DNA of 63,797 bases, the filler included, from Octopus bimaculoides (lineage: Eukaryota), in NCBI RefSeq assembly GCF_001194135.2. It is 4 parts of 4 records of this genome, joined end to end, with 100 filler letters (N's around TTAATTAATTAA, not from the genome) between each part and the next. Parts side by side here need not be neighbours in the genome. Positions count along the whole stretch, not along the records: positions 5,999 to 34,836 come from NC_068983.1; positions 34,937 to 60,622 come from NC_068986.1; 2 more parts are not named here. One strand, given 5' to 3'. Both the position numbers and the translations under genes were made by a program. Under the pieces are notes generated by a model that made no database searches, was not told the origin of the DNA, and saw only the letters and a program-made list of their open reading frames with translations. Shown here in pieces: positions 29,266 to 41,599 of the stretch; the stretch's first letter is position 1; each line of letters begins with the position of its first letter.

Positions 29266-29875
29266 NNNNNNNNNNNNNNNNNNNNNNNNNNNNNNNNNNN
29301 NNNNNNNNNNNNNNNNNNNNNNNNNNNNNNNNNNNNNNNNNNNNNNNNNNNNNNNNNNNNNNNNNNNNNNNNNNNNNNNNNNNNNNNNNNNNNNNNNNNN
29401 NNNNNNNNNNNNNNNNNNNNNNNNNNNNNNNNNNNNNNNNTATATATATATATTATATATATATATATATTATATATTATATATTATATATGTATATATG
29501 TATGTATCGATGTGTTTACCCATATATATATATATATGTGTGTGCGTGTGTGTGTGTGTGTTTGTGTGTATAAACATTTATATACATACATAGTTATGGT
29601 CATACACTGATTTAAGATGGGAACAGTAAAAAAATATTAAGAACTAATTTCACACATTTTGATATTACAGATTACTAGATAAAGCTCTCCAGTTCGCCAG
29701 AAAATATCTTGCGTTTTACTTAACAGAAATTGAGTTAATCATGAATGCACGTGGAAGCATTCTCTTTGCTAAGGGTTCAGACTCCATCAAAATCCAAATT
29801 GAACGAATGGAGGGTGTATCGATAAGTTCATGTAATAGTGCTTAAATATGTGTTCTAGTTAGGCTTTTTATACTA

Positions 29876-30379
29876 CATGGTGATTGAAAAGTAGCTCCCT
29901 ATTTTAAAATATAAATTATTTATGGTTGTGAGAGGAACGCGTTTAGCATGAGGGTCTATTTAAATTTCGATATAGGCTCCAGATGGCGTCACCAGCGTTT
30001 TGAGTTGCCCAGGAATTACATCACCTGATTTCACCAGGGCTTCTTGTGGGATGGAAGACATAACTTCTCGTATTCGCCCTTCTTGTTCTTCCAAAGTCTT
30101 TGGTTTGATACAGTAGACTTGTTCCTTTAATTAACCCAATAGAGAGATGTCACAAGGTGTTAAGTCGGGACTCCTGGCTGGCAACTATTGCGGACCAGGA
30201 CGACCCATCCACCTCCCGGGAAAGTGGGCATTGAGCCATTCACGAATGATAAGAGCAATAACATTACAGATTAAATTGTCGTACATCAAAGAAAAAATAC
30301 AATGAAGTTGAGAAAAAAATACACTTAATAAATAATTTATAAGTATTTAAAGATAGGGAGTTACTTTTCAGTCACCTTG
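29876..30379 (-). mobile_element. Internally deleted Tc1/mariner-superfamily DNA transposon keeping both TIRs and the transposase C-terminus
   Basis: Imperfect ~50-bp TIRs: TA|CATGGTGATTGAAAAGTAGCTCCCTAT... and, reverse-complemented, CAAGGTGACTGAAAAGTAACTCCCTAT. Minus-strand 29960-30238 reads WLNAHFPGRWMGRPGPQ*LPARSPDLTPCDISLLG*LKEQVYCIKPKTLEE...GAYIEI*, matching the WPxRSPDLTPxDxxLWGxLK motif with two premature stops. Confidence 0.88.
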
Positions 30380-30519
30380 TCCATATCTGAATTGCATTTC
30401 CCTTGATATTTTTTAACGGAAAATATAGTTTAGGCGTAAACAGCATATGAGTAATTTGTTAGGTTACAATTTGTTAAATAGTAAATGTATTTTAGACATC
30501 AATTGTTGTTCATGCAAAT

Positions 30520-30938
30520 TCTTTTACTCTTTTACTTGTTTCAGTAATTTGACTGCTGCCATGGTGGAGCACCGCCTTTAGTCAAGCAAATCGATCCCAG
30601 GACTTATTCTTTGGAAGCCTACTACTTATTCTATCGGTCTCTTTTGCCGAACCGCTAAGTTACGGGGACGTAAACACACCACCATCGGTTGTCAAGTGAT
30701 GTTGGGGTGACAAACACAGACACACAAACACACACACACACATACACACACACATATATATGTACATATATACGACGAGCTTCTTTCAGTTTCCATCTAC
30801 CAAATCCACTCACAAGGCTTTGGTCGACCCGAGGCTATAGTAGAAGACACTTTCCCAAAGTGCAACGCAGTGGGAATGAACCCGGAACCATTGTGGTTGG
30901 TTAGCAAGGTACTTACCACACAGCCACTCCTGCTCCTA
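30520..30938 (-). mobile_element. SINE family B, full-length
   Basis: Collinear with the other family-B copies; internal (CA)n/(TA)n expansion. Confidence 0.9.
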
Positions 30939-31331
30939 ACTGGAGAACTTTGTTTTGTATTTTGAATAGATCCCAGTTTTTAAACCTTTATATTTCTACG
31001 CCCTTCCTTAAATTCAATTTTATAACACCAAATCGAAACATCGCATGGTTTTAAAATATGGTATCAAATAATTTTTCTCATTACTTGTCTGTCATTATAT
31101 ATTTACGCGTGTACGCATGTATACACTTGCACACACACACACACACACGCATTCTTTAGTTCTAAACACCAAATTCACTGAAAGCTTAATTTTATTTCTT
31201 TCCTAAACCGTACTTATTAAATAGATAAAAGGGAATGAAAGTTATACAGACAGACCAATAGGCTGATATCCTGCATTACATATTTATGAGAAAATAAGCT
31301 TAAATCTATACCGACAGCGTAGGATGATTCT

Positions 31332-31363
<32 letters not shown>

Positions 31364-32517
31364 CATTTAGAACCCTCTGTCGGAGTTACCTTTCAACAAT
31401 ATGGCATTCACTGTCGTTGAAGCCGGAAAACTCTAATTTAAAGTCATTGCATCCCTTTAAGTCCTGGTATTTGTGAAATTAACTTAACTTCACTTCTCTC
31501 TCGTGCCAAGCAAATAATCGCCATGATATATACAATATACAATTCAATCGATTGCATAAGCTTTTGTGCAAAGTTGGTCTCATGCTTTTTGAATATAATT
31601 CAATATTACTTTCCATCAATTACTTAAGGTAACAACACAATATCTTTTCAATACTGAACTTCTACATTCACATTATCATAACGGGGGATTTCAAGTATAT
31701 TTTCTGAGATCTTGTTCATGATATGAATAAATGAGGATACCTTCGGAGAAGCTATCATAGAAACATCATTCAAATGAATTAAACATGACGATACGAAACA
31801 TCACGTTGGAAGATATGTGTGTATGTATGCATGTATACATACATACATTCACACACAGAAACACACACATATGGATGTATGTATGTATGTGTGTGTGTAT
31901 ATGTATNNNNNNNNNNNNNNNNNNNNNNNNNNNNNNNNNNNNNNNNNNNNNNNNNNNNNNNNNNNNNNNNNNNNNNNNNNNNNNNNNNNNNNNNNNNNNN
32001 NNNNNNNNNNNNNNNNNNNNNNATATGTACGCATGTATGTATGTATCGTCGAGACATAAGATAGAAATGTTATTTGAAGAAAATGTTATATGATCGTATA
32101 ATGTAAAAAGTTGAACGGGAATTGCTTGTGCGTTGTCAAACTGTAAGTTTTGCATTATAAATTTACATAATATTCCACTTGAAATACGACAATTTACCGG
32201 AAATGTGTTTAACTGAAATCGAAGTAGTTTTGAAACTTGGCACGAGAGTAGTTATCTTATCTGAAATTTCTGATCCGTATGACGTTGACAAACATTGCGA
32301 AATGAAGAGGAAAACCGGTCTTTTCTGGAGCTATTCTCGACATATAATAACTGCATCGAATATCGCATGAAAATCGGTCGGCAATTATAAAAATGTTTGA
32401 CATATTATTTAGATTCCAATTTCTGTCAGCAAAAATGTTTATCCACTACATTTCACACAACAAATTTCAGATGTTAATTTTAGAATTGTTCCTAAAGAAT
32501 TTTCTTATTTCTTTTCC

Positions 32518-32594
<77 letters not shown>

Positions 32595-33884
32595 TATTAT
32601 TAAATTTGGAATTAATTAACATTGGATTTATTATAAATTCTTTTACTAGTCATTCGTCGTTATATAAGTCACATATTTCTTAATTTTCATTTTAATGTAA
32701 TCTTTTTTTATGTTTCTGTGGGTAGTCATTTGTTTACGCAGTAACTTTTAAAAGTACGCAGCTTCTAAGCTAGTATTTATAAAATGCACATCACGTTTAT
32801 TTTCCGACACTAATATGTATTAGGAGGGTCGAAAATAAAGCTTATATAGTCAGGTTGACACCAGGAGTCTATAACTTTAACGCTTTGAGTCTTTCTGTTC
32901 ATCCAACGACTTTTAGATAGTTAAGACACCATGCAACTTTACTATTTCAATTTATGTACGCTCTTTTATTGAGTTCATTTTCTGGACTAATTGTTAATAC
33001 AAATCTATAGTTGATATCAATAACATTTCATTTACATTTCGAATTATGTCTTGTTTTTTAACGTCTTAATGTAATCACATTAGCTTATTGGTTATTAAAA
33101 CATCACATAAGCAATCGGTAAAAAAAAAAAAGTCACGGATTAGGTCTGCCTTGTGAAGAAGATGTAATGTGATGCATTATTTTCCACCAGTACTTGTCTC
33201 ATAGGCGCCTTCTGCTGAAATTAGTCGTTTGCTAGCATGTAGTTCAAGCTTTAATTCGCAGAATATCTGAATACTTTGTCACATACTGAAGTAAGCAGTG
33301 GCCCTGTGCGTGGTCATTTGAGTTACTAGAAATATCTGCCTAATTATATTCACGTTACACCCACTACAAAAAAGTGAGGCACGTTGAACATGTGATATCT
33401 GACATATGAAGATATTTGATTGTTATGTGTGAAATATCTTGTGACACAGGTTTTACTCAATCATGATTAGTTTGGGCCTGAATTATATATATTAAAAAAA
33501 AAATGATCAATCTAAGATTTTTATCATTTTTACCATAAGTTCCGAGTCTTTCCAAAATGTTATGACCCCTGCCCTTCCTTCTTTCACAAAACCGTACAAA
33601 GAGAGGCAGATATTACGAAGTAGCTTTTGATATTTTTAGTGTGAAACCATACTAAATTATTATTGTCTGAGCTTGTTAATAACTTAGTACTGATTGGCTT
33701 ATTTAGCGCAGTGTGACACNNNNNNNNNNNNNNNNNNNNNNNNNNNNNNNNNNNNNNNNNNNNNNNNNNNNNNNNNNNNNNNNNNNNNNNNNNNNNNNNN
33801 NNNNNNNNNNNNNNNNNNNNNNNNNNNNNNNNNNNNNNNNNNNNNNNNNNNNNNNNNNNNNNNNNNNNNNNNNNNNNNNNNNNN

Positions 33885-33927
<43 letters not shown>

Positions 33928-34521
33928 TTATCATTTTATCGATTGTTGCTTCTCATCAAATGATAAACGAAATTAAAAGCCATTACACAAAAGATTGTTT
34001 TATCAGATAATCGATATTCACAAAATTTAGATGACATCGGCATGGTCATCAAGATTAAACAAATTTAGTTGAAAATCTAATATCTCCTGTGTAATAAATC
34101 TGGTAGAATCGAATGTGTGCACTAAATAATCAAATAAAAATATACAGCATTCGTTGTTGCTTTCAATATAAGTGATATTTCTAATAAACACGTTAAACGA
34201 ATGAAAATAAAACGAAAGACAGAGGTAACTTTAAAAGAAAAACAATAAATATAATTACTATACATCAGAGTAAAAACTAATAGCCATTGGTATAGAATGA
34301 TACTGTAGTGTACATGGTGTGTCACAAATACACTTTGGATTGAAAACGATACTTCTGGAAGCGTACGTCAATTTCTTTAGAAATAATAAATTATCCTATA
34401 GTATCATTCAGCTCTTCTACGAATGCTATGCCTCGATAAGAAAGATCAGTATATCGTTAAATAATTTACCTTGGCAGAAAAGTTGTTTATCATCATCATC
34501 GTCGTCATAATCATTATTATT

Positions 34522-34760
34522 AAAAGGTGGCGAGCTGGCAGAATCTTTAGCCCGCGGGGCGAAATGATTATTGGTATTTCGTCTGCCGCTACGTTCTGAG
34601 TTCAAATTCCGCCGAAGTCGACTTTGCCTTTCAACCTTTCGGGTTCGATAAATTAAGTACCAGTTACGCACTGGGGTCGATGTAATCGACTTTATCCCTT
34701 TCTCTGTCCTTGTTTGTCCCCTCTATGTTTAGCCTCTTGTGGGCAATAAAGAAATAAGAA
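34522..34760 (+). mobile_element. SINE family A (tail type 2)
   Basis: GGTGGCGAGCTGGCAGAATC...GAGTTCAAATTCCGCCGAAGTCGACTTTGCCTTTCA...GATAAATTAAGTACCAG...GTCCTTGTTTGTCCCCTCTATGTTTAGCC...AATAAAGAAATAAGAA. Confidence 0.88.
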
Positions 34761-34792
34761 TCGTTAGCGGCCTTGTAACTTTAGTAGAAAAG

Positions 34793-34836
<44 letters not shown>

Positions 34837-34936
34837 NNNNNNNNNNNNNNNNNNNNNNNNNNNNNNNNNNNNNNNNNNNNTTAATTAATTAANNNNNNNN
34901 NNNNNNNNNNNNNNNNNNNNNNNNNNNNNNNNNNNN
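34837..34936. other. Artificial 100-nt scaffold-join spacer
   Basis: N44 + TTAATTAATTAA (34881-34892) + N44. Confidence 0.93.
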
Positions 34937-34987
<51 letters not shown>

Positions 34988-36029
34988 TATATATAATTAG
35001 ATATATATATATGCTTGTGGTTGTGTGTGTGTACATATATTTATATGCCTGCATATATATGTAAATGTGCGTATGTATACAAATGAATATATACATATGT
35101 GTGTGTGTGATTGTATTATTTTCTATATTTTCTAAATTTATGTAGCTTGTCTCTGTATATGCTTAAGTGTATATGTTATATTCATACATAGAGTTTTCAT
35201 AAATTGCTATTTTTCTTTGCCATTCATTCCAGGAAGACTCTTAGACTCAGAATCAACTGACGTTTTATTTTTATATATCGGTTGCTTTACAGTCTAATAT
35301 TACGCAATATATCTTATTCAAAAGGAAAACGAACTTCTTTATTGATTCATATGTATAGTCTTGTGATTTAAAAAAATCGTATTAAATTCTTCAAAGTTCT
35401 TTTAGTACTTAAATCCAAATAATAATAGTAACGTTGATTCATATTTATTCTTTTATCCGTAAGGAATATTTTTTTCTTAAAAGATAAACCGCCGTTGGTT
35501 TGTTTATTATCTTTTACATCTAATTGGTCCATTAGTACTTTTTACAAAATAATACTAATAACTACCGCCATTCATAGTTATTCTTATCTTTATAAATTCC
35601 TCATGTAAATATAGGAAAAAAATCGTTTTTGCTTTAAAGTCTTATTGCTCCTGGTATGTTTACATTTATTTAACCAAAAAAATCGGTATGTTAGTACATT
35701 TAATCGGAATAATAATAGCAACCGCTATTCAGTCTAATTTTTGTCTTTTAGCTAAAGAAATATAGAGATAAAAAACACTGTCATAAGAAAAGTGCATATC
35801 ACCCTTACTTTGTTTATATGCATATATTTCGTATAAAATATAACTTTTTTAAACTACCTGAAATAGATAGAAAACACACGGTGTTACAAATACAAACTTA
35901 CATTAATTATTTAGCGTATATATTTAATTTTGTTTAAATGTAATATTTAATATAATAATATTTTCTACATTTATTTTATAAAAGCAAACTTTAAACTTAA
36001 TATTGCCTTCAAATGTTGGTACAAGGTGA

Positions 36030-36900
36030 TCAATTGTGAGAAAGGGGTGGGTAAGTCTACTATATTGAACCATGTGCTCAAATGGTAAATATTGTATTGG
36101 CCCCTAAAGTATAAAAAGCAAAGTGACTCTGTGGAATTTCAATTCAAAACGTAAAGATGGATGAAATGCATTTTGTCCTGCGCACTTGCCGTTTTTAAAA
36201 TTTTAAGTCTAATATTACTCCGCCCTTTAGGGCAACGATCTGAAAGAATTGTAACCACGCTGAGCAAAACTCAGCGGCCTTTGTCCGCCTTTACAGTTTG
36301 AGCTCAAATGCTGCCAGGACCGGCTTCGCTATATATCCTTTCGCAGACTCATAACGTGAAGTCCAACGAAATGCTGCTAACAATTTTGCTTGTCGTGCTC
36401 ATGATACAGCCCGATCACCGCTTTTCTTCAAACCTTATATTACTTCGATCTATAAGTATGTGAGCTAGAAGAATTGTTATCACGCCGAACAAAATGTTTC
36501 TCGGTTTTGTTCGACTCTACGTTCTAAGTTAAAATACCCCCAGGGATTACGATGAAATAATTACCACTTAAAACTCTAGGGTTGATGTAATCGACTTACC
36601 CATCCCCCTAAATTGCTGGCCCTGGCCCAAAATTTGAAGCCAATAATGCATTAATCTATAAGCTTGAAAGAAAAAGGTGGTGAGCAAGCAGAATCACTAG
36701 AACGCCCGGCAAAATCCTAAGCGGCATTTCGTACGTTTCTACGTCCTTTGTTCAAATGCAGCCAAGGTGGACTTTGCCGTTCATCATTCCGGGGACGTTA
36801 AATCAGTACCAATTAAGCAATAGGGTTACTATAATCGAGTTACTCTTCCTCCTCCCCGAAATTGCTGGCCTTGTGCCAAAATCGAGACATATATTACTCC
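36030..36900 (+). mobile_element. Cluster of 3-4 degenerate head-to-tail SINE family A copies
   Basis: Repeated GTTC(T)GAG(T)TCAAAT-like B boxes and CCCCCTAAATTGCTGGCC / CCCCGAAATTGCTGGCCTTGTGCC tails at ~36300, ~36530-36640 and ~36680-36890. The 36030-36210 part looks like a reverse-oriented copy. Confidence 0.6.
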
Positions 36901-36974
36901 GATCTTTCACAAGATTATACTTTAAATTTCTTTCATATTACGTTAAAATAACCATTATGTAAAACGGTTAAGAC

Positions 36975-37270
36975 CACATCCGGTCCCGAAAGATCATGGG
37001 ATTACCCTTAGAAAGTTACGTTCTGGACAAGGTTGTTTACGCAAGACCGTCAGGCGTCCATGCATACCAGACTCCCCTCTTCACGCCACCGATGTTATCC
37101 AAGGGAAAATGAAGGGCCATCGCAACCCATTTCTATAGCTGATTATAACTGGAGCAAGGTGAAATAAAGTGTATTGGTCAATAACTAAATAAACAGCCTG
37201 GTTCGGGAATCGAAATCACTACCTCATGATTCTGACCCCACAACACTCTAACCATTGAGCCATGCGCCTT
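36975..37270 (-). mobile_element. tRNA-derived SINE family D
   Basis: Head GGCGCATGGCTCAATGGTTAGAG...TTTCGATTCCCGAACC, then CACTTTATTTCACCTTGCTCCAG and CCCTTGGATAACATCGGTGGCGTG; homologous to 52090-52370. Confidence 0.75.
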
Positions 37271-37310
37271 CTTAAACATTATACATAGCATGTTAATATA
37301 GTGATATATC

Positions 37311-37757
37311 AAAGGCAGCGAGCTGGTAGAAACGTTAGCACGCCGGGCGAAATGCTTAGCGGTATTTCGTCTGTCTTTGTGTTCAGAGTTCAAATTCCGT
37401 CGAGGTCGATTTTTCCTTTCGTTCTTTCGGGATCGATAAATTAAGTACCAGTTGCCTACTGAGTCAATCTAATCGACTGGTCTCCTCCAACAAATTTTGG
37501 GCCTTGTGCCGAGAGTGGAAAAAGATATTTTTGTGGAGTAGGTCGACGAGTTGGCAGGAACGTGAACGTCAGCACGCCGCGCAAAATGTTTAGCGGTATT
37601 TCGTGTTCTGAGTTCAAATTTTGCCGAGGTCGACCTTCCCTTTCGTCCTTTGCGGATTGATAAATTAAGTACCAGTTGCTTACTGAGGTCGATCTAACCT
37701 ACTGCAACCCCTCCCCCAAAATGTCCGACCTTGTGCTTAGAGTAGAAGAAAATATAT
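37311..37757 (+). mobile_element. Two tandem SINE family A copies (37311-37530, 37541-37757), tail type 1
   Basis: Both carry the GAGCTGG/TTGGCAG head, GAGTTCAAATT, GATAAATTAAGTACCAGTTGC and CCTTGTGC..AGAGT.GAA tail. Confidence 0.88.
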
Positions 37758-38440
37758 TGATATATCAATTTTAAGCATACACGAATACTGTTACTCATTT
37801 ATTCCCGGCCACAACATATATTACTTAAAAAACAAGTGTAGAGACATAAGTTTTAACCATTTGTTTGTTTTACTCATTAAATTGCGGCAACTGGGACAGA
37901 ACCTTAAAGGATGCAGTCTAAAAAAATTGCCCCAAGTACCTTATTCCGTTTTTGTTTCCTTGATTCTTTCGGTCTCTTGTGGAATATTAATTTACAGGGA
38001 CATAAACAAACCAACCACGGTTGTCCAGCGGTGGAGGGATCAAACACGCACATATATATACATGAATATATTTGTATGTATGTATGCATGTATGTATATA
38101 TATGTGTATGTATGTGTGTGCATGTATGTGTGTATGTATGTATGTATGTGTGTGTGTGTGTGCGCGCGCTCTAGACTCCTCAGGTTTTGCGTACCAATTT
38201 TATTCACAAGAAGCTTTTGTGAGCCCCGGAAACATACTAGAAGTCCCTGTCCTAAGGTGGCAGCAATGCAACCAAAGCAGACACAATGTGACTGCAAAGT
38301 GAAAACCTTAACCACACACCCATACGTAAATCTGTTTCATGTTTATTAGTATTATAGTATTAAATTCAGCTTTTTTTTACATAATCTCTTATATATTGAA
38401 CCACAAAAGGTGTATTGAATATTTGCATTGTGATTAAGAT

Positions 38441-38640
38441 ATTCCTTTCTACTCTAGGCACAAGGACCAAAATTTTGAGAGAGGGGCCAGTCGATTAGAT
38501 CGACACTCCAGTACACAATTGGTAATTAATTGATCGACACCAAAATAATGAAATGCAAAGTGGACCTCTGCGGAAGTTGAACTCAGAATGTAAAGACAGA
38601 CGAACCACCATTAAGCATTTCTGCCAGTTCGCCGCCGTAC
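38441..38640 (-). mobile_element. SINE family A copy with 12-bp target-site duplication
   Basis: Reverse complement of family A, flanked by TGTGATTAAGAT at 38429-38440 and 38641-38652. Confidence 0.88.
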
Positions 38641-39346
38641 TGTGATTAAGATTTTAATATTCCACATATCACACACCTGTTACTTCTGCCTTTGATTTCA
38701 AATAAATTGCAAAAATATGAATACGGTCATTGTTGTAAAACTTTTTGCGTAGTATTTGTTTATATAAAACTGCGTCTAAAAATTTATATCTATTTCTAAA
38801 CAAAATTCATACATGTGAGAATTTCACTGTGGAAATGCTAGCGTGGGTGTGTTTGTCTGTGTGAGTCTGTGTGCGAGTGAGTTATTGAATGTTTCCTTGT
38901 CTTTAGAATAGTCTGCCTGGGGGAAAACAATGATGATAGTAATCTCTGCTGTTAAATAGAAAATGTTGGCTAATCATATAGAAATTCACCTCGCTTACTA
39001 GAAGAAGACGTATATTACTGCTACTATTGTGTGTTGTCCTCATCTAACCGCATCAGATAATTACATATACAAAATATTCACTAAAACCACAAGAGATTTC
39101 TATTACAAGGAAGACTTACGTTGTATATTCACGAATCGTTCGTCTAAATGTGTTCTGTTGCAAGATATTAAGTGTCTAGATTGGTACCCTCATGTTACTT
39201 GAGATATCAATACTACTGAGTGTTTATCAGTCTCGTTTTGTCTCGATGGTTACGTACATGTATATATATGCATATATTTATTTATCTTTTTCATTATTCG
39301 AATAGATGTCAGTGTATGTATAAACATGTATGTATATATATATTGA

Positions 39347-39720
39347 CACTTACTAGAGTGTGTTGGTACTCCGTCGCTTAAGACGTCGAGGGTTCCAGTT
39401 GATCCGATCAACGGAACAGCCTCCTCTTGAAATTAACGTGCAATTGGCTGAGCACTCCACAGACACGTGTACCCTTAACGTAGTTCTCGGAGATATTCAG
39501 CGTGACAAGGCTGACCCTTTGAATTACAGGCACAACAGAAACGGGAAGAGAAAGTTGTGGTGAAAGAGTACAGCAGGGTTCGCCACCATCCCCTGCCGGA
39601 GCCTCGTGGAGCTTTCAGGTGTTTTCGCTCAATAAACACTCACAAAGCCCGGTCCGGGAATCGAAACCGCGATCCTATGACCGCGAGTCCGCTGCCCTAA
39701 CCACTGGGCCATTGCGCGTC
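39347..39720 (-). mobile_element. tRNA-derived SINE, a third family (C)
   Basis: Minus head GCGCAATGGCCCAGTGGTTAGGGCAGCGGACTCGCGG...GGTTTCGATTCCCGGACC has clear A and B boxes, but the T-stem does not pair fully, and ~300 bp of non-tRNA body follows. Confidence 0.75.
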
Positions 39721-40196
39721 TACACTTATTAGAATAGTACTGCCACATTTAATTGGGAAATTGTTACATTGCAAGTCCTCGCATATTGTACTGGTTTAGA
39801 ATTCCCAAGTTATACAGGAGGCAGCGTGAAAAATGCTCCAATGGCAAGAATCTCCCCACAAACAAAAGCCTCAACAAATCAACAACTATATACCCAGTAG
39901 CATCTCAGTCTAAGCAATGCCACTACCACTACCCCCACCACTACAACTACAACCACTAACAGCAACAGCAAGTCATCTGACGAATCATAGGACCCCAAAA
40001 CCAATTCTGTGTGGTATGAATATGGTTGTGTATAAAAACATAGTCTTCCCCCACTTTCATTGCTGCTCTTTATAATCTGTTAGCATGTCGTTGTTGTTGC
40101 TGACCATTTTCTGCCATCTGCTTCCATTTCTATATTCCAAAACATAATTTAATCTGCAGATTAAATAATCTCACCTTTGTAGATTCAAAATTGTCG

Positions 40197-40783
40197 GGAT
40201 CTATTTTAAAACGGGGGCCACATTTTTCATTAATGTTTTACGTAGTGTTTTTGGTACCGAAAGACTTTCAAACTTCGTATACTTATCTATTTTGTGTTAT
40301 AGAACAGAAAAATATTTTTGTATTCGAATTTATTTCATGTAAAAAGTTGTCTTATTTCGATAATTTCAACCAATCACTGACAAGTATTCAGTTGTTTATA
40401 TTTACTCCTTTGGCTGATTAAGCGATGTAAAGCGTATTTAATCTCCATACCTTCGTTTTATTTGCTTATTTTCATTTTAAATTTGCTTTAACCCTAACCC
40501 TAACCCTAACCCTAGGGTTAGGGTTAGGGTTAGGGTTAGGGTTAATTGTTTCAGAATCGTTTGTTTATGTAGTCGGCACTTAATGTATATCGGCTGAATG
40601 GACGTCAGTGATTGGTTGAAATTACAGAAATACGACAACTTTAACATGGAATAACTTAGGGATTTCTTTTTTTTTAAAGAAGACTAAGAGAAAAAGATGT
40701 TTTATATGACACATTCTACCAGTGTTCCAAGTTTCAAAGTGTTTCGTTAATGAAAAATGTGGCCCCCGTTTTAAAAAAGATCC
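40197..40783. mobile_element. Non-autonomous foldback/MITE-like DNA transposon (probably Merlin-type) with internal telomeric-repeat palindrome
   Basis: 37-bp TIRs GGATCT[A/T]TTTTAAAACGGGGGCCACATTTTTCATTAA with 1 mismatch. Perfect 8-bp TSD AATTGTCG at 40189-40196 and 40784-40791. A second internal inverted segment (~40330-40395 vs ~40590-40655). GG termini plus 8-bp TSD fit the Merlin superfamily (established knowledge; assignment is inference). Confidence 0.85.
40488..40545. repeat. Interstitial telomeric-repeat palindrome (TAACCC)4-TA-(GGGTTA)5
   Basis: Read directly: ttaaccctaaccctaaccctaaccctagggttagggttagggttagggttagggttaa. Confidence 0.95.
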
Positions 40784-41599
40784 AATTGTCGTTTATAAGT
40801 GTTGGTTTTTTTCAGCTTTGTTTGCATTTTAAAAATATTTTACCATCACTAACACTTTTTTCTATCCTTAAATCAATATTTACTATTTTCGTTCCATTTC
40901 TTGAAGGGTAATCATTATAGCACCATCACTCCGATCCATTTATGCTCACAATTCCAATGGTCTCTTGAAAACCTTCTAAGGGCTTCATTAAAAACCTAGG
41001 TGAATGCTATATAGGTGGGGTATAGAGCATTCATACATTCATTTTGAAGTTGGGATACACATAGTAGATTTTTTCTTTTTTTAATTAATCCGTAAATCAA
41101 CTTTCATTATACTTAACGAAAGAACGGCGGCAAGCTGGTAGAAATGTTAGCACACTAGGCGAAGTGCTTTCTGGTATTTTGTCTGTCTTTACGTTCTGAG
41201 TTCAAATTCTGCCGAAGTCAACTCTTCCTTTTAACTTTTAAATTTTGTGATAAAAACAACATGAGGAATGGTAAGTTTAATTTGCCATTCAGTTAGGGTT
41301 ATATATATGATGGTGTGGTAATTTAGCATATGTGAGATTTTGTGAGGCTAAAATCGCTTGAAGTATAAAAATGCTTTATATTTATAGAGAAAGTGTTGTA
41401 TTCGAAAATAATGTTAGAGCCCGAAACAAATTTGAGAATTATCTTCCACGAGTTAAATGTTATTTATTCCTAAATAGCTCTCCTACCTTGCTCTGTTGGT
41501 TACAGGAAATATTGCCCTTGGGGAAATATTAGAATCGCTCGTATCAGACAGATCATTTTATATTACTGGATGAGTTGATACATAGTCTAAAATGGAGAA

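Noticed and set aside
33500-33600. Minus-strand FWKDSELMV as a candidate missing W.D..L.W exon
   Set aside because: The second Trp, the PDI/LYN motif and suitable splice sites are absent, and a stop follows shortly.
39640-39720. tRNA-like sequence
   Set aside because: T and anticodon stems do not pair properly and it continues into a SINE body; a SINE head, not a tRNA gene.
40488-40545. Telomere-telomere fusion scar
   Set aside because: Fusions give (TTAGGG)n(CCCTAA)n; here the order is reversed and the tract lies inside a TSD-flanked element.
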